From the IMG/VR virus record IMGVR_UViG_3300035698_024761: a stretch of 64,000 nucleotides of DNA; one strand, given 5' to 3'. How positions within the stretch are numbered: position 1 is the first letter of the stretch; each line of letters starts with the position of its first letter. Both the position numbers and the translations under genes were made by a program. The notes under the pieces were generated by a model, which was not told where the DNA came from, did not search any database, and worked only from the letters and a program-made list of their open reading frames with translations. The stretch is from an uncultured virus (IMG/VR IMGVR_UViG_3300035698_024761) (taxonomy: Duplodnaviria > Heunggongvirae > Uroviricota > Caudoviricetes). Positions 41,949-52,900 of this stretch are shown here, one piece after another.

Positions 41949-42977
41949 TCATCGATCCCCTATGTAGTGGTCGAACGCCTCAGCCTCTACCACATGTAGT
42001 CTAAAAAAGTCGCTCGAGTTAAATAGGTTCCCGCCACCATACGGCAGCGTAGCGCCCCGATAAAGCTCATTCAACCAAATATACCTAATGAATTTCACTA
42101 GTCGCTGGGAGGCACGAAGCTCCGCTACAACGTAATCACGCGGCGGCTGCCGCGATCCGGGCCCTAACCCTAATGTATAGCCCCACACTCGCCAAATAAA
42201 GTCTCCCGGACGTAATCCGCGATAGGTAGTGTCCCTAAACGGCACTGGCCCCGCTAGCGAAATATTGTCATAGACCTCTTGCGTAAATGCCGGATCCTTC
42301 CAGCATCGCCGTACCAACTCGCAAAGAGCATATCCACGAAAATGCGGTCGGTTTACTAAAGTCACGCTAGCTTGCGCTTTCATCGTCAGCCCCATCGCCG
42401 CTTCCAACTTGGCTGTCCTATCAGGATAGCACATATCAATATACCACCGCGGGTCGACAATATATGCTAGCACTGCAGCGCATGCGTGCAAATTGAGATC
42501 CGGAATAAACTGGAGAGGGCGCCACGCCGGATGCATACGCACTACACGCGGCAATTCAGGCAATTCCCGCCAATCGCGAGTTGCCATTAGCCATTTCGTC
42601 AGTGAATACGCCGCGTAGTCATTATCAGTCACCTCATGAAAGCCGCCCTGGCTAGGCGCCAACGCGAAGCGGCGCATCCGATAAAGCACGGCTGCTGGAT
42701 CATGCCGCTCCGCACGCGTACGGCACACAAGCGGTGTGGCCACCTCCAGATGTTGAAGCTCTTCTTTGACCTTACGATCGTAAAGGGCTGTAATCAGTTC
42801 CGCGTTACAATGTGACCCGATAACACGAACACAGTCGGCAGAACGAAACAGCCCGCTCTCCAGAAACTCCCCTAACGGCATTTTTGACGATCGTGGCAAC
42901 CCGTCACGGTCCAGGAACCACACACCGTCTTTTGCAGCGTGAAGCTTCAACGTTTGTGTATCAATAGTTACGGTCAT
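41949..42977 (-). CDS. IS110/Nop-domain-like protein, candidate Tas effector
   Basis: HPAWRPLQFIPDLNLHACAAVLAYIVDPRWY...TAKLEAAMGLT aligns by eye with the IS110/Nop consensus L..IPG.G...AA.LLAEI.D..RF...KL.AY.GL; TIGR-like arrays occur in the same window. Confidence 0.6.
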   Translation of the reverse strand: MTVTIDTQTLKLHAAKDGVWFLDRDGLPRSSKMPLGEFLESGLFRSADCVRVIGSHCNAELITALYDRKVKEELQHLEVATPLVCRTRAERHDPAAVLYRMRRFALAPSQGGFHEVTDNDYAAYSLTKWLMATRDWRELPELPRVVRMHPAWRPLQFIPDLNLHACAAVLAYIVDPRWYIDMCYPDRTAKLEAAMGLTMKAQASVTLVNRPHFRGYALCELVRRCWKDPAFTQEVYDNISLAGPVPFRDTTYRGLRPGDFIWRVWGYTLGLGPGSRQPPRDYVVAELRASQRLVKFIRYIWLNELYRGATLPYGGGNLFNSSDFFRLHVVEAEAFDHYIGDR

Positions 42978-45118
42978 GCAGTTAACGAAATTACATTTTC
43001 AAAGTACTGTTGTATCCTCGGCTCGTGACTGACGAATAACACTTGCAAACCCCGCTCGCGTGACAGCACTCTCAACTGTTCGATGGCGCGAGGCAGGCAG
43101 CCCAAATTATGCTCATCGAGACCAGCCGTAGGTTCGTCCATAATAAGCACACCTAGCCGACCTGCGAAGGTCGAATTGACGGCGATGCGAAATGCCATAC
43201 TCAGCACGATACGCTCTCCGACGGACAATCGGCGATCCTCCATTACCTTTTCGGTATCGTAGAATGTGGCCAGGAAGCCGAGAAAGTCGTCAATCTTAAC
43301 AGAGAACGGGGCATCAAAAGTCCGAAGGATCTCGTTGACCTGTTGCTCCATTTGCTCCATATACGTAAGCGATACCAGCCTAGGCGCCTCATTCGGATGA
43401 AACACCGTACGGATCCCCTGCATAAGATCCACAGCGAATCGTGTGCCGGCTGCCTGTCGATTGATGTCCAATACCTCCTGAAGCCGCTGATTAGAGCCTT
43501 CTAGCGCACAATGCACCCCGGCCCTACGTGCGTCCAGCTTGTGCTTTATGTCCACCTCGGACTTCATTTGCAAGTAGTCTCGTCTAGCTTGCTCTGCTTG
43601 CGCTTCAGTCCATATTGGCAACTCAACAAGCGTCTGCTCGTATTGTGCCTTTTGTGTGGTAAGCATCTCCAACATAGTCGTGCGACTGGCCCGCGACTCC
43701 AACACAGTACTGCGGGTATACTCCAGATCCATCTTGCCTCGCTCGTACTCCGCTGCTTCAGTAAGCACAGCTTGCAACTGCTCTTTTGTCTCGCCTGGCT
43801 CCGCCACAAGGTTAATAAGCCCGTGCTCACTACGAAAGCCGCGGATAGCTACCCGTACGCGCTTTCGAGCACGCAATGCGTTGTACCGCGCTGTATTGTA
43901 TTGCTGCGTCCGCTGCAGCCTATCACATAGCTGTGCATGCTGCGCCGCAAGCGGAACCATCTCCGCCTTAAGCACTGCCAGCTGCTGCTGCTTGTCAGAC
44001 ACACCAGGCATGGCCTGCCCACAAGTAGGACACGTAATCATACTCGCGTCATCACTAAGCGCGTTTATTGCTGCCTCCTTTACGCGAAACTGCCCCACAA
44101 TTTCAATCCGCGCAGGCGAATCAGACGCCAACGGATTTGCAGGTAGTTGTGGCAACGCCGCACGATCCCGTATAAGTTGAGACAGCGATACCTTTGCCTG
44201 CTTCAACGCCCGCAATTGTATCTGGCTGACCTCATAGGCGTTCCACTGTCGCAACATCTCCTTGGCGTCTGTAATACGCGTAGCCATGCTAGTCAACGCC
44301 ATATCAAATGCGCCGATATCCACACCGGCCCGCGTAATATCCCGCTCAACCGCCTCTAATGAACGCGTTACATCCGCCATCGCGTCGATATGCTTGACTA
44401 ACGTAATTTCAAGCGATGTACGCGCAGCGAACTCCTCATATACCCGCGACAAGGCATATAAATTCGCGTCTACCTCGACAGATGTACCTATACGGACATA
44501 TTGAGCCAACTCGCTATCAACCTCCGCCAGTCGCTGCGATTGCTCGGCAACGGTACGACGAGCGATTTCCTCGGTAATGCCGGACGTTGGCACCTCAACA
44601 GCTGTAAGGAACTCACCCAACATCCGATGGCAGCGGGCGGCATGCTCTTGCCCAAATAAGCTAGCAAGCTCGCGACCCCTGTCCGTCGGACTCTTATCGA
44701 TCAGCTCATCGACGCCTCGCTGTCGCACGAACATATAATCGTCGATCTGTTTCTTCGTGGCGCCGAGAGCCCGCCACAGTTCATCATTCACAGTCGTCGC
44801 GCCAGTAAAGCTCTCGTCGCCAATAGTCAGTGTATTGCCACTTGGCTGTAGTCCTCGCTGAATCACGTAAGGCTTATCGCCATGAGTCAATTCTAAATGA
44901 ACAAACGAGCGATCGCCTGGCTGCATGCCCTGCATGACATTATCAGACTTATTGCAATAACCGCCGGCATCGCCCGTAAGGCCGAGCCGCAATGCCCGCA
45001 ATAAGTTAGTCTTCCCAGAACCATTGGGACCCACAAGCAAATTGAGCCCTGGCTGAAAATTGATATTCAGCGCAGAGTGCTGGCAAAAATTCTGTAGTTG
45101 AACGCTATTCAGGATCAC
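42974..45118 (-). CDS. sbcC: SbcC/Rad50-like SMC ATPase
   Basis: LQNFCQH, GPNGSGKT, Zn hook CPTCGQ, LSVGE, MDEPT and VSH; GTG start at 45118 with AGGAGG RBS. Confidence 0.9.
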   Translation of the reverse strand: MILNSVQLQNFCQHSALNINFQPGLNLLVGPNGSGKTNLLRALRLGLTGDAGGYCNKSDNVMQGMQPGDRSFVHLELTHGDKPYVIQRGLQPSGNTLTIGDESFTGATTVNDELWRALGATKKQIDDYMFVRQRGVDELIDKSPTDRGRELASLFGQEHAARCHRMLGEFLTAVEVPTSGITEEIARRTVAEQSQRLAEVDSELAQYVRIGTSVEVDANLYALSRVYEEFAARTSLEITLVKHIDAMADVTRSLEAVERDITRAGVDIGAFDMALTSMATRITDAKEMLRQWNAYEVSQIQLRALKQAKVSLSQLIRDRAALPQLPANPLASDSPARIEIVGQFRVKEAAINALSDDASMITCPTCGQAMPGVSDKQQQLAVLKAEMVPLAAQHAQLCDRLQRTQQYNTARYNALRARKRVRVAIRGFRSEHGLINLVAEPGETKEQLQAVLTEAAEYERGKMDLEYTRSTVLESRASRTTMLEMLTTQKAQYEQTLVELPIWTEAQAEQARRDYLQMKSEVDIKHKLDARRAGVHCALEGSNQRLQEVLDINRQAAGTRFAVDLMQGIRTVFHPNEAPRLVSLTYMEQMEQQVNEILRTFDAPFSVKIDDFLGFLATFYDTEKVMEDRRLSVGERIVLSMAFRIAVNSTFAGRLGVLIMDEPTAGLDEHNLGCLPRAIEQLRVLSRERGLQVLFVSHEPRIQQYFENVISLTA

Positions 45119-45239
45119 GCCGGATCCTCCTTTTGTCGTCTTGTCGTTGCCGTCGCCAGAACACCCGACGCCAGTACTTACGCAAATGCCGCCACCACTG
45201 TGGTGCCGGCACTGTCTGACCCTTTTTCTTGTTGGCCAT
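45105..45239 (-). CDS. Small basic Trp-rich protein (44 aa), absent from the ORF track
   Basis: Hand translation MANKKKGQTVPAPQWWRHLRKYWRRVFWRRQRQDDKRRIRRDPE fills the gap before sbcC. Confidence 0.5.
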   Translation of the reverse strand: MANKKKGQTVPAPQWWRHLRKYWRRVFWRRQRQDDKRRIRRDPE

Positions 45240-45254
45240 AAGGCGCCCCCGTAC

Positions 45255-45485
45255 TTAAGCTTCCGGCAATATGCCGAGATGCGATCCGAGCCACTCTCGT
45301 AAGATCTTGGCCAACTTCTCCGGCTTGTTTTGAATAGCCTGCGCATATAGCAACTGCCCACCCCCGTCTGGGTATCGCAATCGCAGTACGTACACACCTG
45401 CGCGCATTACAACGTCGCATACTTCGGGATTAACCCGCTCAACCATCTCAGTGATTTTAGCTGGTATCTTAACGCTAGTCATCAT
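45255..45485 (-). CDS. Small hypothetical protein
   Basis: 76 aa with GGAGG RBS. Confidence 0.55.
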   Translation of the reverse strand: MMTSVKIPAKITEMVERVNPEVCDVVMRAGVYVLRLRYPDGGGQLLYAQAIQNKPEKLAKILREWLGSHLGILPEA

Positions 45486-45504
45486 CTAATCCTCCGTCTT
45501 TTTA

Positions 45505-46395
45505 TTAGAAATTGCACCAGGCGCATTCAGTCATGCGTCGCTTTTTCTTACCGCCCGCTGCGTGATTCGCAACATCGAACGCGTAGCGACGCCACTCTCC
45601 GTTGTCTTCAAGCCATCTGCGATACATCTCCGAATCGTAGCCGGAAATTAGGCAGCGGCCCTTTAACTCGTGAACGAGATACTCCAACAATATCTCATGC
45701 TGCGCGTCTGTCATTTCATGCTCATAAACATCGGCAGTGGCACGAGAACTCGATACATACGGTGGGTCCAAATAAAACATCGTAGTCGGGCTGTCATGGT
45801 ACTTGATGCATTCCATTGCCGGCCGATTTTCGATCTGCCACTCCGTGACCACTTCTACGATATGCGGCAAATCCGTATGTATTTTGGACAGCCAACCGGA
45901 TACCACGTCAGCGATACCTCGACGTGTCCGACTTTTAGTTTGCGACCAGTCGCCGCGACGGCCGCCCTGCGACTGTTGTAGCGCTGTTACAACTCGTCTC
46001 GCCCACTCAACGCGATCAGCAACGCTGACGTGCTTTACACCACTAATCCGCATTGCATCTAACCAGTTGCGGGCAGCATTAAATTCCGATTCACTATAGG
46101 GCGTAAGCGCTAATTTCCGCTGGAGCTGACCGCCATATGTACGCAGTATGTGGAAGAGATTACTCAACCCGCCGTCGATATCGTTGTAAATATCGATACG
46201 CGGATGCTCTCTAGTAGCCGCCGGTAAATTAAGCTTTACCGTAGCCAAACCACCGTACGGTTCCACATGCTTGATATATTTATCCGGCAACGGGTGACAA
46301 TCCAACAGTCGCCTGGCCAGATAGTACTTACCGCCATGAAGCTTAGCCGGCGGGTTTACCTTCGGCGACCTGTGCTTGCTGTCCGCCATATGCAA
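45505..46395 (-). CDS. dam: DNA adenine methyltransferase (Dam/D12 class)
   Basis: GGKYYLA, VEPYGG, YNDID, YLDPPY and ISGY. Confidence 0.9.
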   Translation of the reverse strand: MHMADSKHRSPKVNPPAKLHGGKYYLARRLLDCHPLPDKYIKHVEPYGGLATVKLNLPAATREHPRIDIYNDIDGGLSNLFHILRTYGGQLQRKLALTPYSESEFNAARNWLDAMRISGVKHVSVADRVEWARRVVTALQQSQGGRRGDWSQTKSRTRRGIADVVSGWLSKIHTDLPHIVEVVTEWQIENRPAMECIKYHDSPTTMFYLDPPYVSSSRATADVYEHEMTDAQHEILLEYLVHELKGRCLISGYDSEMYRRWLEDNGEWRRYAFDVANHAAGGKKKRRMTECAWCNF

Positions 46396-47521
46396 CAGCC
46401 TCCGTAAAAACGTTATTGATCTCGTCCTGCAACGACGCGGGATGCGTATTTGCTAACCGAATGGCGTTGTTCCGCACCTCAGGGTCGTCCGCATAGAAAT
46501 GCTCAATGCAACCAACAAGCCCGCCACCGATGACAGCAGCTTGCCGCTCCTCCCGCTCCTGCGTAACCTCTTCATGCTGCGCTACCAACGGCTCGAGAAA
46601 CAGAAACACGTCATTGGCAACAATATCCTGTATGCGCTGTCGTGCTTGATCGACCCATGTTGGATACCAGACCCGCAAGATACTCTTGCTAATTTGCGGA
46701 GGCACATGCGGTTGCGGCGTCCGCGCCTGATGCGTTGGCCATCGCTGTAAAAAACTCTCCAGCTCCTCTATCGTATGAATCTGCTCAGTAAAGAACCAGC
46801 GACGCTTCAACGCATGCGACGTGTAAGACATATCGCTATTTATAACGTACACGCCCGCAGGCCGCTCCATTTCCTGAATATCCTGCCCAGCCAACGGACC
46901 CGGCGAAAAGACAGAACGGTCGCTGCCAAGTTCCTGGTGGACGACATGCGTATGGTAATCTCCCGTGTAAATGTATTTCACAGACGCCGGGACACTACTC
47001 AACCACGCATCCCCACGATCATCGCCCATAAAGTCTTTCCAGACTTGATGCGTGAGCAAAATATCTGCCTGCGCAGGAATTGCCGCAAATGCCGCGTTAA
47101 TTTCGCCCGGACGCTGATAATCTAGCCCATAAAGACCAACGCCTAACGAGTCCAGAAAACACAGCTCCCGATCCATATGCGTGGGCCAGTCGTGAATAGC
47201 CGAAAGCCATGGTGGCTGAGCTAGCTCATGCTGGCCCTGCACATAATACACGCGTATGTCCAACTGCTGGAACCTATCCATTGCCCGCCGCAGTAATTGC
47301 ACTGCATCGGACTTGTTCGTTGGCTCCTCAAGAATATCACCTGCCAACAAGACATATTTCACCTTAAGACCCGCCGCTATACCTACAACCTGCCCAAGCC
47401 CGTAGCCGCCATCGCCAACGAGATCTCGGTACTTTGACCAAATCCTATCGTTCTTCCTCAAATGCCAATCGCCTGTCACCAGGATCTTTGGACATACTGC
47501 CATCAAATCTCCCTCCAGCAA
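46343..47521 (-). CDS. sbcD: SbcD/Mre11-like metallophosphoesterase nuclease
   Basis: GDWH, AGDI, GQHE, THQ and GDYH; lies near sbcC. Confidence 0.85.
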   Translation of the reverse strand: MLEGDLMAVCPKILVTGDWHLRKNDRIWSKYRDLVGDGGYGLGQVVGIAAGLKVKYVLLAGDILEEPTNKSDAVQLLRRAMDRFQQLDIRVYYVQGQHELAQPPWLSAIHDWPTHMDRELCFLDSLGVGLYGLDYQRPGEINAAFAAIPAQADILLTHQVWKDFMGDDRGDAWLSSVPASVKYIYTGDYHTHVVHQELGSDRSVFSPGPLAGQDIQEMERPAGVYVINSDMSYTSHALKRRWFFTEQIHTIEELESFLQRWPTHQARTPQPHVPPQISKSILRVWYPTWVDQARQRIQDIVANDVFLFLEPLVAQHEEVTQEREERQAAVIGGGLVGCIEHFYADDPEVRNNAIRLANTHPASLQDEINNVFTEAVAYGGQQAQVAEGKPAG

Positions 47522-47527
47522 GAAAAT

Positions 47528-47929
47528 TCAGTTGGACTGCGGATAGTGCAGCAGGTAATGCGAAAACTCCGAAGCCGTCATAACGGGATCGTCGAACGTG
47601 AAATAGTCCGGATCCTTTACGGATAGCATTTTTCCGGTATGCGGATCCATTAACTTAACTCGCAATTGCCCTTTAACCAGTCTCGTCTGTAAGGCGTGCG
47701 TAAACTCACTATCAAGCTCCGCGAGGCCGCGAGAAAGATGCATCACCCGATCGAAGGGTATTGTCCAGAAAATTGATGCAGAAAACGCCAATGCTTCGCT
47801 AGCATGTCCCGCCTTGCGCCCACGCGCGGCCGCCAGCCCCTCCATATGCCTCGCTATTGCCCAGGGAAGCGCACGTTGGTCCTCACGCAAGGCTATCTCA
47901 TGCAGCTGTCGAAAATGTTCTTTTCCCAT
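47528..47929 (-). CDS. Hypothetical protein
   Basis: 133-aa ORF. Confidence 0.5.
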   Translation of the reverse strand: MGKEHFRQLHEIALREDQRALPWAIARHMEGLAAARGRKAGHASEALAFSASIFWTIPFDRVMHLSRGLAELDSEFTHALQTRLVKGQLRVKLMDPHTGKMLSVKDPDYFTFDDPVMTASEFSHYLLHYPQSN

Positions 47930-48014
47930 TTTTTATAAGAGGGTTGCCCTGCCAGGGCAGAAAGCGTAAACTTCGGAAGTACGTTTATCTTTCCCATTGG
48001 CAAGGAGGTCTACG

Positions 48015-48230
48015 ATGTTAGTCTTAACCCGAAAATATGACGAAACCATCGTAATCGGAACCGATGAGGGCCCGATCACAATTACTGTCGTTAAACTCGA
48101 CAAGGGCAGCGTGCGCCTGGGTGTTGATGCTCCGCGTAGCATACCGATAGCTCGCGGTGAGCTACTTAAGGGTACTGCTCCCATCAACGTACTTGAGCGT
48201 ACCACTCAAATCGACGGACTTAAGCGCTGA
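48015..48230 (+). CDS. csrA: Carbon storage regulator CsrA/RsmA homolog
   Basis: [15 protein letters not shown]...[18 protein letters not shown] with AGGAGG RBS. Confidence 0.9.
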   Translation: MLVLTRKYDETIVIGTDEGPITITVVKLDKGSVRLGVDAPRSIPIARGELLKGTAPINVLERTTQIDGLKR

Positions 48231-48471
48231 CGCTGTTATAGCCAACAACCGCTTTTTGACGTCTTCTGCTACCTTGCCAGCGCGTAAGGCGCTTCCACAA
48301 AACTGCGCGGGCCGTATACCGACTTGTTCTATTTTGCGTCGCCCTGGCCAATAGTTTGCCAGTGTGCGCAACCCAAACCGAAACTGCCAGTATCGGCCCT
48401 CTTGATATATGATAATACGGATACGCTCGAAACCCAGCTCTTCCGCGAGCACCGGCAACTGTTGCATTGCT

Positions 48472-49965
48472 TCAGCTATCCGTTGCTTCTTGGAAACAGA
48501 TGGCATCTCCCTCATGGTTGTCATTACGCCGTTGTATCCTCTCCACAATTTTGGTCGTAGTTATGCGCTTAGGGTACGGAAGGAACACCACTTGTCCGCC
48601 AACGTCTTTCACAGCGCGCCCGCCCGAAGTATCCGTTTCTGCGTACTCGCCACCCTTAATCAATACGTCGGGCGATAGCTTCGCAATAATACTTGCCGGC
48701 GTCTCTTCGTCAAAAATCGTCACGGCGCCGACATTCGGCATACCAGCCAGCAACTCTGCACGCAACGCTTGCTCTACCAACGGGCGATCTGATCCTTTCA
48801 ATCGCTTTGTGCTGGCATCACTATTGACTAGCACCACAAGAAAGTCGCAATATTTGGATGCACCTACAAGCGCTGCCTGATGATCGCAATGGAACATGTC
48901 AAAAACGCCATTGATAATCCCAACAGTATCGCCAGCTGCTTTAGCGGATATCACCAGCTTTTCCAACTTCTCGACATCACACACCTTGTCCTCCGACGGC
49001 AGCATAGCATGAATACGATGGAGCCATGCCACAGCCGTACCGGCCTCTGCAACGACAGCGCCCGCAGCTGCATTTGCCAACCACAATGACTCTGGCAACG
49101 TCAAACCGCGCCACAACGCAGCAGCAAGCCCCGCAACAACAGAATCGCCGGCACCGCAAGTATCAAGCGCTATTGATCGAACCGGATTTACAGGATAAGC
49201 GATCTGCTCTTGATCCATATAATGCAAACCTGCTGCGCCAGCTGTGACCAGCACATGATTCCAGCCGCGTCTCTGCAGATCTACTGCAGCATGCGTTCCC
49301 GTAGAATACGGCGTGTCAGTAAACGCACGCGCCTCTGCCAGATTTGGCGTAATGACATGCCTACGCCTGTAGAGATCGCTATGGGCTGGGACCGGATCTA
49401 TAATTATCGGACAATCAAGCCGTTCCAAGCGGTCCTGGAACAACGGAAGTGTCTTTGACGTACAAACCCCCTTGTCATAGTCCGAAATTATAACTGCCGC
49501 CGGCCGTCGCCACGCAATCGCACGCTCCAACTCCGCCAACAATATGTGCGTCATGTCTGGTGGGTAATCTAGCTCTACGTCAAATCGAGCCATCAAATGC
49601 CCATGGTCATCCTGCAAACGCGTCTTGTGGACAGTTATGTAGTCAACGTGCCTGGCGATAAACGGCATCACGGGCGCCAGCTTATTTGCAGGATGCTCGC
49701 AAAGCAGCTGTGCTACATCTAACGCTTCCATATCGAAACCCGTCGCTGATACGAGCCCCGCAGGCACGCCTAACGCAGCCAGGTTAAGCGCCGTATTGCC
49801 AGCGCCGCCAATAACCGTTTTAACATTGCGCACATGTCCTATCGGAACTGCGGCGGTCTGATCTATCCGATGCACGTCACAATAGATGTACTTGTCCAAC
49901 ATCACCGAACCGATTACGAGCACGCATGCATCGTCACGATTCTTCGCAGTCTCGCCACAACTCAT
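48472..49965 (-). CDS. hldE: Bifunctional heptose-7-phosphate kinase / heptose-1-phosphate adenylyltransferase-like protein
   Basis: PfkB domain (GGAGNTALNL, ISDYDKG, ITPNLAEA, DTCGAGD) plus cytidylyltransferase-type domain (NGVFDMFHCDH, VNSDASTKRLKG, PDVLIKGGEY). Confidence 0.85.
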   Translation of the reverse strand: MSCGETAKNRDDACVLVIGSVMLDKYIYCDVHRIDQTAAVPIGHVRNVKTVIGGAGNTALNLAALGVPAGLVSATGFDMEALDVAQLLCEHPANKLAPVMPFIARHVDYITVHKTRLQDDHGHLMARFDVELDYPPDMTHILLAELERAIAWRRPAAVIISDYDKGVCTSKTLPLFQDRLERLDCPIIIDPVPAHSDLYRRRHVITPNLAEARAFTDTPYSTGTHAAVDLQRRGWNHVLVTAGAAGLHYMDQEQIAYPVNPVRSIALDTCGAGDSVVAGLAAALWRGLTLPESLWLANAAAGAVVAEAGTAVAWLHRIHAMLPSEDKVCDVEKLEKLVISAKAAGDTVGIINGVFDMFHCDHQAALVGASKYCDFLVVLVNSDASTKRLKGSDRPLVEQALRAELLAGMPNVGAVTIFDEETPASIIAKLSPDVLIKGGEYAETDTSGGRAVKDVGGQVVFLPYPKRITTTKIVERIQRRNDNHEGDAICFQEATDS

Positions 49966-52900
49966 CTGTCATAGCCTCCACATCTGTCATGTTAATAACT
50001 AATGGAGAAGGTATATCGAACGGGCGTAAGGTACATTCTGGACATACTCTATGCCCGCAATTCACGGACATGAACATTTTTCCACAGCGCAAACACCGTC
50101 GTAGCTTCTCCTCGTCCCTATCATCGTGCCAAGGCATCCTTGCCTCCAGCGGTGACTATGAAATTACGTTGGTACAAGCCGCACTACCCGTGTAATACCA
50201 GAATACTGAAATCTAAACTCTTCTGCAACAGAGTTACACGGAGGCAACGACGGATTTGGCTGCGAGGAGTCGGCGTCATTATTTAAGATCAGGAAAGCGT
50301 CCAAATAGAACTGGTTTTCAACGGCAGCGTTAGTAATGGCAAATACAGCACTGACACCATCGCTAAAATTGGCATACCAGCCCATCGTAACATATCCTGG
50401 ACTTCCGGTACTCGTGTGATTGCCTGTTAACAGCGACTGCCCATTCGCCCACGCCGCTGCCGGCACGGACATCTCGTAAAGCTCTGCCGGATCTCCCACA
50501 TCGTAATGCGTCTCACTTATCTCGCAACGAGTCAACGCGCCGAAAATTTGCCGGGACAGATCCCGATCGATGAAGAGTCGCAGCGCAGCCACCTCGTCAA
50601 GTGCTTGCTGGCGCTGTGCAGCTGCGTTTGCTGCATCCGCGGGATTCGTTACGCCTACCCGCGCAGGCCGTATATCGGTCACGAGACCAGTTACAAACGT
50701 TTCCAACGAAGCTTGCCCGGCATGCCATACAGCGTAGTCAAGCAAGATCGCTTTCTGCGTGGCCTCGTCCCATTGCTGCTGCTCGGCAGTCTGGACGAAC
50801 CAATCCGTAAGTTGGTCAGTCGTCATTTGCATTCGGTACACCTCTATAATAGATTCCCTGCGTACGGAAGAAACGCGTACCCGTCGTCACGTTAAACTGT
50901 TGGGCCAAAATATCAACGGGACCCATCGTCCAATTACGCGGATACAGAAAAGTCTTGCCAAGCATGGTCGCCAATTGCGCCCCGCTGGCGCGGGTGACCA
51001 CCTTAAAATGGTCAGAATCCTCTGGCATCTGCCAGGCAGGCGGAACTACAGCCAAAGCAGCACAGGTTGTTTTCCACCAGCCAGGCTCTCGCGACGATCC
51101 GCGAGGAAACAAAAACGGCTCCAGCCCCCACCAACTTATAGCGTAATAAGTCTCTGGGAACCTCGCCTTATAGTCATCCCGCCACTCGGCCAGCTTCAAT
51201 GCCATTGTCTTACGCAAGGCCTTTGCAATACTGCCATCGGAAGTTGTCTGAATTAGTCCGCCCTCACTTTTAGGGCTTCGCATAATGCGATAGCTGACAA
51301 GCCGCCACGGTTTTTTCTTCGCATCGAGCATCTGTATAACGCTCCACATGCGCCGAAAGAAACCACTCACACGACGAGCATAGCAAAACGGACACGGATA
51401 CAATAAACACGGCTGCATTCGAGGCGTTACAATTGCCGAGCACGGCGGACAATTTCTAGCGTAACCGAATTTGACAGATAAGAGCTTTGCGTATTTTGCA
51501 CGCAGCAACTGCCCCAGCCACACCCGCCGCCGCCCAACAAAATTGCTCATAGCAATCTGCTGAGCACCGGGATACGTCCGCTGGCCTATTAACGAATACA
51601 CCATAGCTGCACACTCTACCCGCGCTTCATAATCATATCTCCAACGAACGTACTCGAAGTTAGTAGTCGCCATTACATTTACAAGTCCTAAAAACGTGAG
51701 GCTCCCGAAACAGCGCCCCGGAAGCCTCAGCCATCCACCCCGTAACGGCCCCACACCGTCATGGCGACCCGACTGCCCGAAGGCTATGCGTATCGTAACC
51801 AATATAAATTGGAGGATAAGGCATTCCCAACGCAACAGCCATTGCTGCGGCCCTCGCATCCATCTCAACGCGCGACCCGCTTTCCTGCGATGCCAACGGC
51901 TTACCGCCCTGCGGCACGGTTAACGGCGCGTCGTCAACAATGGCTAACTGCGGCGGGACGGTACGTAAGGCCTTTACCACCTCGTTTAGGTTATATCTAG
52001 ACGGCGGCACCAAATAGCCTTCCCATCGCGTGCTACCCTCACCGGGTTGCGTTTGCACACGAATACCGTTGGCAGCATCCACACCGCAAACAACGAATCG
52101 TCGCTCGTCGTCCAGAGGCGGAAACACCTTAAACCTACACGTCCAGGCGCCACCAAAATCAAGGCCGGCTAAAATGTTAACGAGCAACTGCACGGTCTTA
52201 CGACGCGTACCAGCCAGACGATTGCCGAGATCCGGCGCCTGTAAAAACTCAACTTTTGGCATCGCTTCATTAGACCGCTGCTGACGTATGGCCATGGTTA
52301 TAGCTCCCTCACCAATGATACTGCTCAAGAAAATCGTAAATCGGTGCGTCAGCATCCAGCTTGATCCAATCACAAGCATGGCTGCGAGCCACCGACAGCA
52401 TATGTCCAATGGAGGGACTAAATCCATAATCCGTTAGATGTTCAACGAACGCAGCGTTATTGCAGGTTTCCTCGCACGAAACATGCAGCCACCAGCCGTA
52501 TTTATAAACAACTACGCTGATAAATGGATTGTCGTCATCGAGAAGTTTAGAATCATCTTCGCTGATATGTACGGAACTCACATTCCACACTCGCGAAATC
52601 TCTAGCTGACTAGATGATTTGGCACTATTAGTTGCCATCGGATTCCCATACCGGCCACAGCCGCCTGTCAAGCCTACGGGCTGTGTACCGCAGACTGAGA
52701 TCGATTAGTGCCTGCCTGTCAGCGCGAGCTTCTCCACGCAGCTCGGCGCTAATTGTAATATCTCCGGATTGACCGCCACCAACGAGCCATCCCCAACCCT
52801 GAATCCAGAGACCGCGCAATTCAGGACCGCGATCGGTATTGCAGATATCCAGACGAACATTCACCATCACTCAATTCCCCATAAAGCACAAGAGTTAACA

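Noticed and set aside
41949..42977. Active IS110 insertion sequence
   Set aside because: No DEDD catalytic motif or catalytic serine was seen, there is no flanking non-coding end large enough for a bridge RNA, and the gene is translationally coupled to sbcC.
45119..45397. N-terminal 93 aa of the ORF-track SbcC
   Set aside because: It overlaps two better small genes; the RBS and SMC N-terminal motif support the GTG start at 45118.
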